From positions 620,001 through 684,000 of the forward strand of contig NC_043001.1 in NCBI RefSeq assembly GCF_006345805.1: DNA of 64,000 bases, written 5' to 3'. The position numbers were made by a program, and so were the translations under genes. This document shows, piece after piece, positions 40,426-53,428 of this stretch (positions within the stretch are counted from its first letter, which is position 1; each line of letters starts with the position of its first letter). Origin of the DNA: Octopus sinensis. Its lineage: Eukaryota. Under the pieces are notes generated by a model, which saw only the letters and a list, made by a program, of their open reading frames with translations, did not search any database and was not told the origin of the DNA.

Positions 40426-42131
40426 TGTAGAGAATTTTGTAAAGTTTTGTTAGATTTTGTAAGACGGTTTTTTTCCTTTGTTTAAATGTTCTGTTCTTAG
40501 CAGACATCAATATACACATAGCTCTCAATTGATTGGGAGAAGCTCTTGAAAGTTATAGACTTTATAGATTTAAATTTGTGAGTTTTGAATGTAGAGGGGC
40601 TGTTGTTTAACTCCAGCTTCGATATTCTTCAGACTTCCTCAGACCCCATTATTAAAGGCATTCTAGCCATGACCATCCCCTCCTTCTAGAAGTTTTTCTA
40701 ATACTTCATTTCTTCCCGTTATCTAAAGAGGTAAGATATGATTAGAGGGAGATCTAGTTGCCATTTCCAGCAAACTGAAAGATGATGCAGAAGCTCCTTT
40801 GCTGGCTTCTAGAGGAGTGACAGAGGATTAGACTGATTACTTGTGAGTATGTAGTTCTGCCTTTCTCGTTTCTGAATTCAGGTATTACTGGGCTCACCAT
40901 TACTTGTGGAATATCCTGGCACTAGCCAGAGTATTCAGTGTTCAGGCCATCACTGCAATAAACTCCCTGATATAACTGTGCAGTAACAACTTTAAAAATA
41001 TCTTGTGTGCGATATAATATCAATAGTTGAATTTACAATGACTCAATTTTCTGTTAAAAATTTTGTTCTAACTAAAACAATTCTTCAGTGAAAGAAATGG
41101 ATATTAAGGCTAGGATTAGAAAAAATATTTACATATTTATTTCACTTTTAGTGTTCTAGAATCTAGCACCGTAGGCAGTTGCTTTCTATCCCTATCTTCA
41201 GTTCTGCCTTTAGTTTTCATCTTCAAGAGAGAAGGTAACAGGAATATCAAAGATATACAGGTAAACATGATTCAGGTCTATCTCACCTGTCTATAAATTT
41301 CTGGTCTTGTCATGTAAAAAAAAAGAAAAAGAAAAAGCGAAATTGTAATGTTGCTGAAGTTTCTGGTTAATGTTTGGCCATTTTTAATTACAGAAGCAGA
41401 AGTAATTAAAGAATTTGTATAATTCTCCCAACAGTTTCTTTGGAATTCAATATCATGGCCTGTAATTAGTTTTGGAAGAAATAAATGGTGGATGAATTTA
41501 CAAAAGAGACTCCTTTCTTTATAAATCAGCCTGAATTAGATTTTGATCCTCTACATATACTACCTATCACCTTATAACAACAAGAGAGCTTCTACGTGGC
41601 TGTTAGATCTGCTAGAAATAGCAGCTGATTTCCCTCAAATCACACTATGCTGCTATCTTGACCCCCCCCCCCAAAAAAAAAAAAACAAAAAAAAACAGAA
41701 GAACATACTAAATAATATAATATTCTGATATTGAGAAAGATAGGACAGTCAAAGCTGGAATGTCTTTCATCATAGTTCTGAATGATCAAAATCGACCTGT
41801 GGTTAAACAGTAACAGCAGGGGATCCTCTACATTCAGAGACATAATTTCTGAAAACACTTTTTTCACCTTCAGAATTGTCAAAGCAAGGAATTAACTACT
41901 TGCATCAGTTGTTACCTGTCAACACACTGCACCCTTCAAAATTTCCATTTCCCAAAATTCACTAAACCAACCCTCGATTTTGTGTTTCTGCATCCTTTCC
42001 TCCTTCAAGACTCTTTTACTTTTCCCTTTTCTGCCTTGTTCTGTTTTATCCCATCTACTCTACACAAGCTTCAACTTTACTGTCTTTATTTACTTTACCC
42101 TTTTCTGGTGATTTGCAGGGCACCTGAGTGG

Positions 42132-42665
42132 TCATCATCATCATCATCCTCGTTTAACGTCTGCTTTCCATGCTGGCATGGGTTGGACGGTTTGACTGAG
42201 GACTAGTGAGCCAGAGGCTGCACCAGGCTCAATCTGATCTGGCAAAGTTTCTACAGCTGGATGCCCTTCCTAATGCCAACCACTCTGAGAGTGTAGTGGA
42301 TGCTTTTACATGCTACCAGCATGAGGGCCAGTCAGGCAGTTCTGGCAACAACCACACTCAAAAAGTGTTTTTTACGTGCTACCTGCATGGGAGCCTGTCC
42401 GGTGGCACTGGCAACGACCATGCTCGAATGTTGCTTTTTATGTGCCACTGGGACATGTGCTGGTAAGGCGATGCTGGCAACGATCATGCTTGAATGGTGC
42501 TTTTTACATGTTACCATCATAGGAACCAATCCGTGGCCCTAGCAATGATCATGCTCGGATGTGCTTTCAACTTTCCACTGGCATGAGTGCCGAGCAGGTG
42601 GTACTGTCATCAGCCATGTCAGCGATTTTGATTTGATTTCACTTGCCTCAGTAGGTCTTCGTAAG
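42132..42665 (-). mobile_element. RTE LINE 3'-end fragment with about five diverged ~60-bp units
   Basis: (CAT)n tail, conserved 3' block, repeated tttta..tgc.ac...ggcaacgaccatgctcg units. Confidence 0.8.
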
Positions 42666-42739
42666 CAAAGTGTCCAATGAATGAGGGGTACTCATAAGTG
42701 GTTACACCCTACACTCGGTATTATTATTATCATCATTAA

Positions 42740-42950
42740 AGAGGTGAGCTGGCAGAACCATTAGCACACTGCACTTAATGCTTAGCGATATTTTGTTTTC
42801 CTTTGTTTCCTGAGTTCACATGCCAACATGGTTGACTTTGGCTTTCTTCCTTTCGGGGTTGATAAGTACCAGCTGAGTACTAGGATTGATGTAATTCCCT
42901 TAGCCCCTTTCCCAAAATTGCTGGCCTTGAGCCTATAGTAGAAAAGATTA
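42740..42950 (+). mobile_element. tRNA/Meta-type SINE
   Basis: ggtgagctggcagaaccattagcac head and cctttcggggttgataagtaccag core. Confidence 0.7.
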
Positions 42951-43089
42951 TTGTTGTTATTATCATTGTCATGCCTCTTTTAACAACAAGAAATTACTAG
43001 TATTCCTCATATAAAGAATACTTTCTACTTAATTATGAACAACACTGAATTAGAATCCTCAAATCATTTTGAACTGTTGGGTGTCACCA

Positions 43090-43540
43090 TCATTGAAGAT
43101 CTCTGATTGTAAAAACAGGACTGCACACCAGTGACGTTCTTGTCTTTTTGATCCCAATAATTCTTGATGCTCTACAAAGCCCTGATGAGGCCTGCAAGTA
43201 GAGAATTTGCTCTTATATTTGGGATAGCACTGCTGTTGTACAAACACACAGACGTCCCAGATTACATCCAGAAAAAGGTCATAAAGCCAGTGGCAGATAC
43301 AATTTCAAGCCCACAGACATAGAGTGTCCCCTCCCTCTGGCTTTTCTACTGCTACTATAATAGCCTCTGCTGGGCTCATACCACCTCCACTCATGCATTC
43401 CCAACCTACAAATCTCTCCTCATATCATCCTTGTTGTGTTCCACTCCTTCTCAAGTCCCACACTAACCATTATGCCCTCAGTCCTTCTTTTGCAGAACAT
43501 CTGTTTCCTGCATTTCCGTTTCTGCTTATATCTTTCGGGC
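43090..43540 (+). pseudogene. decayed CR1/Jockey-like LINE 3' coding fragment
   Basis: LMLYKALMRPA...IWDSTA...DYIQKKVI...AHRHRVS...FYCYYNSLC...HTNHYA resemble conserved C-terminal motifs of CR1-group ORF2. Confidence 0.55.
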
Positions 43541-44225
43541 AGGTATTCACTTTTTTTAGAGAAATATTTATGGCATCAATCTCACTGCTATCAGAAGAGC
43601 TACAGAGGCCATGAGCACTGGCTCTTATTCCAGACCCAGCAAGTAAAAGTAAAACATCTGACAACATTTCAATCCATCTTTACACAGAACAGAATACATT
43701 TCTTAAATAAGAGGCAAAGCAAAAACAACACATCAAAATCAAACAAGGAAGTTTAAGATTATTAAATTATCAAAAACCATGAAGTATTGAGTTTAAATCT
43801 ACCGAATGAAACATTGCAATTTAGGTGGGGTGGGGTGGGATTCAGTTATAAGAGGTTTCCATCATCAAAGTCACTTTTTGCTTTCTTTTCATCAAAAAAG
43901 GAAAAACACGCACACGCACACAAAGAAAACGATAAAATCTTTGATGCATGCATCACATTGAATGGCAACTACAGAATTTTCTTGGTAACAAAATAGTACA
44001 ATACATATTTGATATTGTAAGACAAAGAATAGCAACATTTCCTTTGCACTAAACAATTTTGGTATTCTTCTGCAAAATATCAGGATCTCACTAGAAATGT
44101 TGAGATGGAGATACTTTTAAATTATCGATCCTTAAACCTATTAATTTCAATCTATCTTTGTGAATACTGACATTGAAAAAAATGAAAGAGTAAAAAAGAA
44201 AGCAAGAGGAAGATAGAGAGATACT

Positions 44226-44340
<115 letters not shown>

Positions 44341-45160
44341 ACACACACATACATGGTGAGAGAGAGAGAGAGAGAGAGGGAGTGGTTGGCAATTTTGTAA
44401 AATATAACATCTTCCTGACTTGGATGTAAATATTTCTTTACTTTCATCAAATTAAATCAATACTTTACCTGCTTTACCAATCTAACCATTTAAATTAATT
44501 TTATTTATGTATTTATTTACATTTATTTATTTATAAACATCTTTTTTTTCTCTGAATCATTTCCTTATGATAACCATCTTCTTTTGGTCTGCTGCATTCC
44601 TTTCTTTCTTTGACTTTTTTTTACTACCTTCATCTCTGTAATTTCTTATGCACGCACATGCGTATGTGCATGTGTATATTCTTTTAGGAGGTATTTGTTT
44701 TTGCTTCTCATTATTGCATCATTATCACTCTTTACTCTCAATTCTTGTACCAACCCCACCACTACATCATATTGCACATTTGAAAAACAACAACAAAAAT
44801 AACCATCCAAAAGCAAAGTGAAGATTTAAAGAAATATAGAAAAACAATCAAAAATTTTTCAAAAGTTCCTTTCTTTTTGTTATTAAACACACATGCACAC
44901 ATCTGTCTGTGCATCCCCCAATATGTTCTTGTCTATGAGGGACCACACCTTATACTGTATGTATGTGTGTATATATATATATATATATCATCATCATCAT
45001 CATCATTTAACGTCCGCTTTCCATGCTAGCATGGGTTGGACGGTTCAACTGGGGTCTGGGGAGCCCGAAGGCTGAACCAGTCCAGTCAGATCTGGCAGTG
45101 TTTCTACAGCTGGATGCCCTTCCTAACGCCAACCACACCGAGAGTGTAGTGGGTGTTTTT

Positions 45161-45658
45161 ATGTGCCACCGACACAGGTGCCAGACGAGGCTGGCAGACG
45201 GCCACGCTCGGATGGTGTTTTTATGTGCCACCGACACAGGTGCCAGACGAGGCTGGCAGACGGCCACGCTCGGATGGTGCTTTTTATGTGCCACCGACAC
45301 AGATGCCAGATGAGGCTGGCAAACGGCCATGATCGGATGGTGTTTTTATGTGCCACCGACACAGGTGCCAGACGAGGCTGGCAAACGGCCATGATCGGAT
45401 GGTGTTTTTATGTGCCACCGACACAGGTGCCAGACGAGGCTGGCAGACGGCCACGCTCGGATGGTGCTTTTTATGTGCCACCGACACAGGTGCCAGATGA
45501 GGCTGGCAAACAGCCATGATCGGATGGTGTTTTTATGTGCCACCGACACAGGTGCCAGACGAGGCTGGCAGACGGCCACGCTCGGATGGTGTTTTTATGT
45601 GCCACCGACACAGGTGCCAGATGAGGCTGGCAAACGGCCATGATCGGATGGTGTTTGT
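45161..45658. repeat. 62-63-bp tandem array x8 in the RTE 3' UTR
   Basis: Units start at 45161, 45223, 45286, 45348, 45410, 45473, 45535 and 45597. Confidence 0.95.
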
Positions 45659-46252
45659 TACATGCCCACAGCACGGAGGCCAGTCGATGCGGTACTGGCT
45701 ACGGCCACGTTCGGATGGTTTTCTTGTGTGCCACCGGCACTGGTACCACAAAGATACAAATTCCATTGATGTTCATCTATTTTGATTTGTTTTGATTTTG
45801 ATTTTTTTTTTTTGATTTTCACTTGCCTCAACAGGTCTTCACAAGTGTCACAAGAAGGAAGGTATGCACAGGTGGACTGACTACGTCCCAGGTAGGGGCC
45901 ACGGGTTATGACCTGACTAGTCTTGCCGGGTCTTCAGATGGTGTTTTTATGTGCCACCGACACAGGTGCCAGATGAGGCTGGCGAACGGCCACGATCGGA
46001 TGGTGTTTGTCATGTGCCCACAGCACGGAGGCCAGTCGATGCGGTACTGGCTACGGCCACGTTCGGATGGTTTTCTTGTGTGACACCGGCACTGGTACCA
46101 CAAAGATACAAATTCCATTGATGTTCATCTATTTTGATTTGTTTTGATTGATTTTCACTTGCCTCAGCAGGTCTTCACAAGTGTCACAAGAAGGAAGGTA
46201 TGCACAGGTGGACCGACTACGTCCCAGGTAGGAGCCACGGGTTATGGCCTGA

Positions 46253-48150
46253 CTAGTCCTGCCGGGTCCTCTCATGCACAGCACACTTCCATAGGACTCG
46301 GTCTCTAGTCATTTCCTTGGTGAGACCTAAAGTTCGAAGGTCGTGCTTCACCACCTCGTCCCAGGTTTTCCTGGGTCTACCTCTTCCACAGGTTCCCTCA
46401 ACTACTAGGGAGTAGCACTTTTGCACACAACTATCTTCAGCCATTCTCGTCACATGACCATACCATCGCAGCCGTCTCTCTTGCACACCACAACTGACGC
46501 TTCTTAGGTTCAACTTTTCTCTCAAAGTACTTACACTCTGACGATTATGAACACTGACATTACACATCCATCGGAGCATACTGGCTTCATTTCTTGCGAG
46601 CTTACGCATATCCTCAGCAGTCACGGCCCATGTTTCACTACCATGTAACATGGCTGTACGTACACATGCATCATACAGTCTGCCTTTTACTCTTAGCGAG
46701 AGGCCTTTTGTCACCAGCAGGGGTAAGAGCTCTCTAAACTTTGCCCAGGCTATTCTTACTCTAGCAGTTACACTTTCAGCACACCCACCCCCGCTACTGA
46801 CTTGGTCTCCTAGGTAGCGGAAGCTATCAACTACTAGTTTGTCTCCCTGGAACGTGGTAGAAGTTGGTCTCTGCACATTTCCAGTGTTTATTGCTCCTGA
46901 GCATCTGCCACAGACAAAAACTATTTTCTTAGTTAGCCTTCCTTTGACATTGCTGCACCTCTTATGTGTCCATAGCTTACACTTGGTGCACCTTATAGAG
47001 TTTCTACCTACACCTTTTTTACAGATCGAGCAGGGCCATCTACCTGAAGTCGTTTGTGATTGGTCCACCTTCCTACTTATTAGGACTTTGGTTTTGGCTA
47101 GGTTGATTCTATGGCCCTTCGATTCTAATCCTTGTTTCCACACCTGAAACTTCTCCTCCAGTTCTGATAGTGACTCAGCAATTAGAGCAAGGTCATCAGC
47201 ATAGAGGAGCTCCCAGGGGCATCCTGTCTTGAATTCCTCCGTTATTGCCTGGAGGACTATGATAAATAGGAGGGGACTGAGGACTGAACCTTGGTGGACC
47301 CCAACCTCTACCCGGAATTCTTCACTGTACTCGTTACCAACCCTCACCTTACTAGCAGCGTCTCTGTACATGGCTCACACAGCTCTCACTAACCATTCAT
47401 CTATCCCTAGTTTCCTCATTGACCACCAGATAAGGGATCGGGGGACCCTGTCAAAGGCTTTCTCGAAGTCAACAAAAGCCAGATACAAGGGCTTATCTTT
47501 GGCTAGGTATTTCTCCTGCAGCTGTCTTACCAGGAATATAGCATCAGTAGTACTTTTCCCTGGCATGAACCCAAACTGCATATCATCTAAGCTAACTCTC
47601 TCTCTAATTAATTGGGCTATAACCCTCTCCATAACCTTCATTACCTGATCCAGCAGCTTGATGCCCCTGTAGTTATTTGTATCTAGGGCGTCGCCTTTAC
47701 CTTTGTAGCAGTTGACTATTATGCTGCTACACCAGTCATTGGGTATGACTCCTTCGTGTATCACCTGGTTTACTATACGGGTGACTAAGCTATAGCCGAC
47801 GCTACCAGATATTTTGAGCATCTCTGCAGTAATTCCTGATGGGCCTGGGGCTTTCCCTGTTTTCATGCTTCTAATTGCCTTATCTACTAAGGAACTGTTA
47901 ACTCGGATTGCTGGTCCCTCTGTTGGGTCGACATTCGGGAGACTCTCTTTATCCCATTCATTTTCCTCATTCAGCAACCTTTCATAGTGGCGTCTCCAAG
48001 CCTCTCTCTTTGCATCCTCATTTAGCGCAAGTGAACCGTCATCCTTGCGAACACATTTCTCTCCTACCATGTCACGATTCTCTCTCACACACTGTCTTGC
48101 AACACGAAATACCTCAAGTCTTTCATCCTCACGGCGCAGGACATTGGCAA
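46253..48150 (-). pseudogene. RTE ORF2 (RT domain, Cys-rich finger, C-terminus), 5'-truncated, single in-frame TGA
   Basis: ORFs 47375-48202 and 46253-47371 are in the same frame, separated by one stop. Motifs KAPGPSGI, NYRGIKLL, FVDFEKAFDRV, GVHQGSVLSPLLF, YADD, YLG, RRLRWYGHV, GRGRPRKTW. Confidence 0.95.
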
Positions 48151-48210
48151 TATATATATATATATATACACACACATTATATATATATATATATGTACAC
48201 ACTCAATATA

Positions 48211-48455
48211 TCGTCATCATCGTTTAACGTCCATTTTCCATGCTAGCATGGGTTGGATGGTTCAACTGGGGTCTGGGAAGCCAGGAGGTTGCACCAGGCT
48301 CCAGTATGATCTGGCAGTGTTTCTACAGCTGGATGCCCTTCCTTACACCAACCACTCTGTGAGTGTAGTGGGTGCTTTTTATGTGCCACCGGCACAGAAG
48401 CCAGAGGAGGCTGGCAACGGCCACAATCGGTTGGTGCTTTTTACGTGTCACCAGC
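48211..48455 (-). mobile_element. RTE LINE 3'-end fragment (one unit)
   Basis: Same tail block in the same orientation, ~60 bp beyond the 5' end of the long copy. Confidence 0.85.
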
Positions 48456-48466
48456 TCGGAAATATA

Positions 48467-48505
<39 letters not shown>

Positions 48506-48604
48506 CTATCTATATATATAGATGTATATATATAAACATTTATATGTTTTCTGTAATGTTTTAAAAGGTTCTGGAGATTTGAAATTTAAGGTGATGCATT
48601 GTTA

Positions 48605-48653
<49 letters not shown>

Positions 48654-48654
<1 letters not shown>

Positions 48655-49987
48655 GGAGGAGGAAGAAGAAAGACAAAATGTACAATTGGTGCAATGCAGT
48701 GAACAGGGACAGTGCTTGAGATGGGAGGAATATGTGATCAGCCGCAGAATATCATGGAAGGAACTTTGGGCTTGGGAACAAGCAAGAACATCCTTCCTGA
48801 TCAAGTCTACCTTCGACGTTCTACCCTCACCGGCAAACTTAGTCCGGTGGAACATAAAAACAACCGATGAACGTAGATGCGGAGAGAAAGCGACGGTTAG
48901 ACATGTTCTGTAAAACTGCAGACTAGCACTAGAAAGATATACATGGCAGCATAATCAAGTCCTCAGTGTCATAAGTGCAGCACTCAAGGAGAAGATTGAG
49001 AGGTACAATAGGGGAGAGTACCCAAAAGTAGAAAAGCGCAGGAAAGTATACTTCCAGAAGGAGGGAAAAGGATATAAAACCAGACCTACAAGTAAAGTAT
49101 ACGAGATAGACGAAAGATGGAAGGGATACTGAGAGGTGGCCACGGACTTGGAAAGACAAGTAATATTTCCACTAATAAAAACAACAAAAAGACCGGATTT
49201 AGTTCTATGGAACAGAGACCGGAGAATAGGAATTTTACTAGAACTGACAGTACCTTGGGAAGAGAACACTGGCAATGCAGAGAATCGAAAGGAGAAGAGG
49301 TACGGAAAACTAATTGAAGAATGCAGAGAACAGGGATGGAATGTCGAATATTACCACCTGGCAGTGGGGACTAGAGACTTCATTGAAAGAAAAATGACAA
49401 TGCTATTCAAAAGAAGATTTGTTTTTTCTTGCTCGGAGCTGAGAAAACTAATAAGGAGAGTACAGGAGGCGGTCGAAAAAGCCAGCTTCTATATATGGCT
49501 GAAGCGGGAAGACCAAAAATGGCTTGAAAGTCATAACATGCCGGCGGGAAATAACATTGCTAGGTGAGACAAGCTGACACTGAATTAGCCTCACTGACTG
49601 ACAGGCGACGGTCATTTAGAAAATGCGTGGGCTAAGACTACACGCCTTCACTGGTCAGTTAAGGTGAGACAGTGTCACATGACAACTTGCTGGGGCTGCT
49701 TGCTGGAGCCTAACAGCAGGTATTTAAAGGGAAAAATTTGACAAGTCAATCAGTCACCAGCTGACACTCACTGACAATACATCGAAGAGGCCAGGGAACA
49801 GAAGAAAGAAGACATACGCCCAACACCAAATCTGAAGACACCTCCGAAGGGGGGGGGGGCATGTCAAAACGGTAGAGAAGTAGGGGCTGAAACCGGACGT
49901 GGTTCCTCCTGATGATGTCTTGAGCTAACTGGATCCTATAAAGGAGCTGTTGTGGTAGCAGACCATGAAACATGGTTGAAATTCCAC
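48654..49987 (+). mobile_element. 5'-truncated HERO-like (R2 superfamily) LINE: zinc-knuckle and restriction-like endonuclease region plus 3' UTR
   Basis: QGQCLRWE...ISWKELW...SFLIKSTFDVLPSPANLVRW, RYTWQHNQVL, RPDLVLW...LELTVPWEEN...RKEKRY...GW...VG. Two in-frame stops. Abuts a (TAC)n tract. 3' boundary is approximate. Confidence 0.85.
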
Positions 49988-50574
49988 ATGAGCAAACAAT
50001 GGCACCTGTATGTGTTAGGAATAGCAGTAAAATCTCCTTTGACCCATCCTCAGTCTTAAATAGAGTAGGTGACCCTAGACAGTAGGGTTCTTAATTGACT
50101 AGAACACACTGGACATTCTCTCTCACACACACACACAGAAACACACAAACACATATACAACTGGTGGATTTGCATGAAAAGAGTCGACAAAGCCTTTCTC
50201 TGTTTTCTTGCTGAGTGTTGAATGGTTGGGTTTTGTTTTTTTTTGTTTTCACTTTCCCTTGGTAAGAGAAGATGAGGTTTGAACTAAGAACATACAGAAC
50301 CAAAACAAATACTTCAAAATATTCCACCAATTCTTCACCTTTGGGCAGTACTTGGCTATCATCTCAAGAATGATGAAAGACAAAATTGACTCAAGTGGAA
50401 TTTAATGTAAAGGGGTCTAAGAAAGTTGTGTGTAGTTAATGAAATAACCCCTCCTGCACGTATTTGTTTATTGAGCCTCTTCTTCCTCCCATCAGGAAAG
50501 CTAAGTTAAGCCTGGCAACTCAGAAAATAACTCAGAAAATCCACGACAGTTTTTGTAAAGGAACTGATATTGTT

Positions 50575-50790
50575 TTCCCATTTTAGCACTGGGCCAGTAA
50601 TTTCAGAGCGGTGGGATGGTTGATTACATTAACCCTGGTGTTCAACTAACAGTTACTTCTTTTATTGACCTTGAAAGAATGAAAGTCAAAGTTGATGCTG
50701 GCAGAATTTGAACTCAGAACTTTAAGATGGAAGAAATGCCACTATGCATTTTATCTAGTGTGCTAACAATTCTGCCAGCTCACCGCCTTA
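50575..50790 (-). mobile_element. tRNA/Meta-type SINE
   Basis: gaatttgaactcagaac...tgctaacaattctgccagctcaccgcctt is the reverse complement of the head. Confidence 0.7.
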
Positions 50791-52109
50791 TAAGGGAGCT
50801 GAGATTAGTGGAGTAAAGAGAGAGAAGAAGCCATGATTGATGCAGTATCTTTAGACAAAAGACAAAGTGAATAGTTCTAGGGTCAAGGAATGGTATTGAA
50901 ATGAGGGACTGATTTGATGTCACATCCAAAAGATCAGATTTAGTCTCCCAACAAGACTTCTACATCATTATTGTCTCTCCAATGTCACTGACAAGGCTTG
51001 GGCTGAGCTGAGGCTCTGGTAGAAAACATTTGCTCAACGTACCACACAGTCCAACTGAATCCGTAACCATTTGATTGTCATGTAAACATTTTGACCCCAT
51101 GACCACCATAATGGAACATAACAATTCCCTTTCTGAGGTTCTTTCATTTCTGCTGCTAAACATTTCTAAAGCAGTCACAAGGTAACAAATCTGAAGGGGA
51201 AAGAGATATAAATGGAAAAGAAGGTATAAAGGGATCAAACTGGGCCCATTACATGACTGATATTTATTTCATCAATTGCCAGAACATTCACAAGCCAACC
51301 CCAATTCAGTTATGTATAAATACATTGTATTCACTCAGAAACATATTCTCTATTTACATTCAGATATTATGTTTGGTCTTCTACCAATACTGCCACACAA
51401 TGCTGTCTGTTGTAACAATGAAATAATAGTTTACTTACCATATATTTGGCTCCTCAAATTCTTCTCTTATTGAACAGTTTATTTCTAGGATTTCTTTCTC
51501 AGATATTTTTTTGATTTGTTTTTTCGTTAATTTAGTTTTAAGTTAATTGAAATTTTTTCCTCATTTCTAGTGACACTTGTCTTTTATGATTTTAAATTTT
51601 TGTTGGTATTTTTAAATTAATCTTCTGTATGACCAGTGGGGAAGTGCTATACTGAAGGTGTTGCTATGCATCACAGACTTTCTCAACATCGCAATTTCAA
51701 ATTACAAAAAGGGAGGAAAATATAAACTGTTTCTGGAAAACATAAGAAATAATTTTGTGGAAGGACAGAAAGAGACTGGTAGCAAAGGAGTGTGAGTAAT
51801 TAATTCTTTGACGAATGTTCAACTCATCGGCAAAAATCTCAACTTCAAATAGATGTTCAGAGCTTGTAGAAGGATTTTTATTGTCCTCTCACTGATTCTG
51901 GAAAAAATAAGAAAAACAAGATATATTATATAGAGTTTAATCTGTTTTATACATATATATATATATATTTATACTGAGAGAGATATAGAGAGAGAGACAG
52001 TGAGGGAGAGATAGTAAGAGAGAGAGACAGTGAGAGAGAAAGAGAGAGAGAGAGAGGGAGAGATATGTGTATGCATGTATGTATTATAATTTTCTAAAAA
52101 ATAATAATC

Positions 52110-52317
52110 ATTTCTAACATAGGCAAATAACTATGAATTTTAGTTGGAGCTGGGTACTGCAGTCAAGTCTTTGTACTTGACTTTATCTTATTTGTCCTGG
52201 GAAAATGAAAGGTGAAGTGAAACTTTGATAGAAATTGAACTGAGAACCTAAAAAGATGTACCTAAACACCATAAGGTATTTTGTTTGATGCACAACCAAT
52301 TACGCTAACCCCATTCC

Positions 52318-52350
<33 letters not shown>

Positions 52351-52980
52351 GTTTCAAATTTTGCCACAAGGGCAGCATCTTTGGGGGAGGGGATGAGTCG
52401 ATTACAGCGACCCCAGTGTTCAACTGGTACTTATTTTATCGACTATAAAAGGATGAAAGGTAAAGTCGACCTTGGAATTTGAACTCAGAATGTATTGATG
52501 GGCAAAATACCGCTAAGCATTTCGTCCATTGTGCTAATGATTCTCCCAGCTTCTCGCCTTACAAAAGGTGAATGTCAAAAATGGAAAAACAATAATAATA
52601 ATAATAATAATAACAATGGTACTTATTTTATCGACCTCAAAAGGATGAAGGGCAAAGTCATCCTTGGCGGAATTTGAACTCAGAATGTTAAGACGGACAA
52701 AATATCACTAAGCATTTTGCTAGGTGCATTAAAGATTCTGCCCACTTGTCAGCTTATAAATAAGAATGATAATCCCTTCTACTAAAGGCACAAAGCCTGA
52801 AATTTGTGGGGAGTGGACTAGTCGATTACATTGACCCCAGTGTGTAACTGGTACTTAACTTATCGACCCTGGATGAAAAGCAAAGTCAACTTTGGCAGAA
52901 TTCGAACTAAGAACGTTAAGACAGACAAAACGCTACTAAGTATTTTGCTTGGCATGCTAGTGATTCTGCCAGATTGCCAT
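52110..52980 (-). mobile_element. cluster of four head-to-tail tRNA/Meta-type SINE copies with AAT-rich spacers
   Basis: Copies at ~52110-52320, 52350-52560, 52617-52755 (partial) and 52775-52980. Confidence 0.8.
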
Positions 52981-53118
52981 TATAAAAATAATAATGATAA
53001 TAATAATAATGATAATAATAATAATAATAATAATGATAATAATAATAATAACAATAACAAAACAATTATTATCATAATGATATCTACATATGAGTATACA
53101 TGGTTATGTGCATGTATG

Positions 53119-53167
<49 letters not shown>

Positions 53168-53414
53168 ATATATATACACACATGCATAATTGTGTACATA
53201 CTCTCGGGAATCCATGTAATACCTGACATATATTATAATAATCTGTGGTGACATTTTGGAGAAAGGTATGAAGAAAAGCAGAAAGAATATGTTATAAGGT
53301 AAAGTATTTTTCTTTTTAATAATGCTGAATTTCAGATATAAGCTGTGGGGAAATATAAGAACAGACAAGAAATGAGTAAACAAACAATTTAATAATTAAA
53401 CTTTAATGAGGCTG

Positions 53415-53428
53415 GTTGCCAAGGCAAC
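53415..53428. promoter_or_regulatory. candidate RFX X-box
   Basis: GTTGCCAAGGCAAC is one mismatch from the palindromic consensus GTTGCCATGGCAAC, in non-repeat sequence. Confidence 0.35.

Larger units (their letters stand above)
44988..48150 (-). mobile_element. young 5'-truncated RTE-clade LINE (~3.2 kb) inserted in a (TA)n tract
   Basis: RT-bearing ORF 46253-48150, ~1.25-kb 3' UTR, (GAT)n tail at 44988-45006, TA repeats on both flanks. Confidence 0.95.

Noticed and set aside
43180-43215. CTGATGAG hammerhead half-core
   Set aside because: No GAAA partner or stems; it is LINE coding sequence (ALMRP).
45306-45325. CAGATGAG...CAAAC in the 62-bp unit resembling a hammerhead
   Set aside because: Two core mismatches, antisense to the element, and no stem II geometry.
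45161-45658. CRISPR-like appearance of the regular repeat array
   Set aside because: Units are contiguous with no unique spacers, there are no cas genes, and the array lies in a eukaryotic LINE UTR.
45007-46118. Many overlapping 70-118 aa ORFs (MCHRHRCQ..., MAVCQPRL...)
   Set aside because: By-products of the GC-rich tandem unit on both strands, downstream of the RTE stop.
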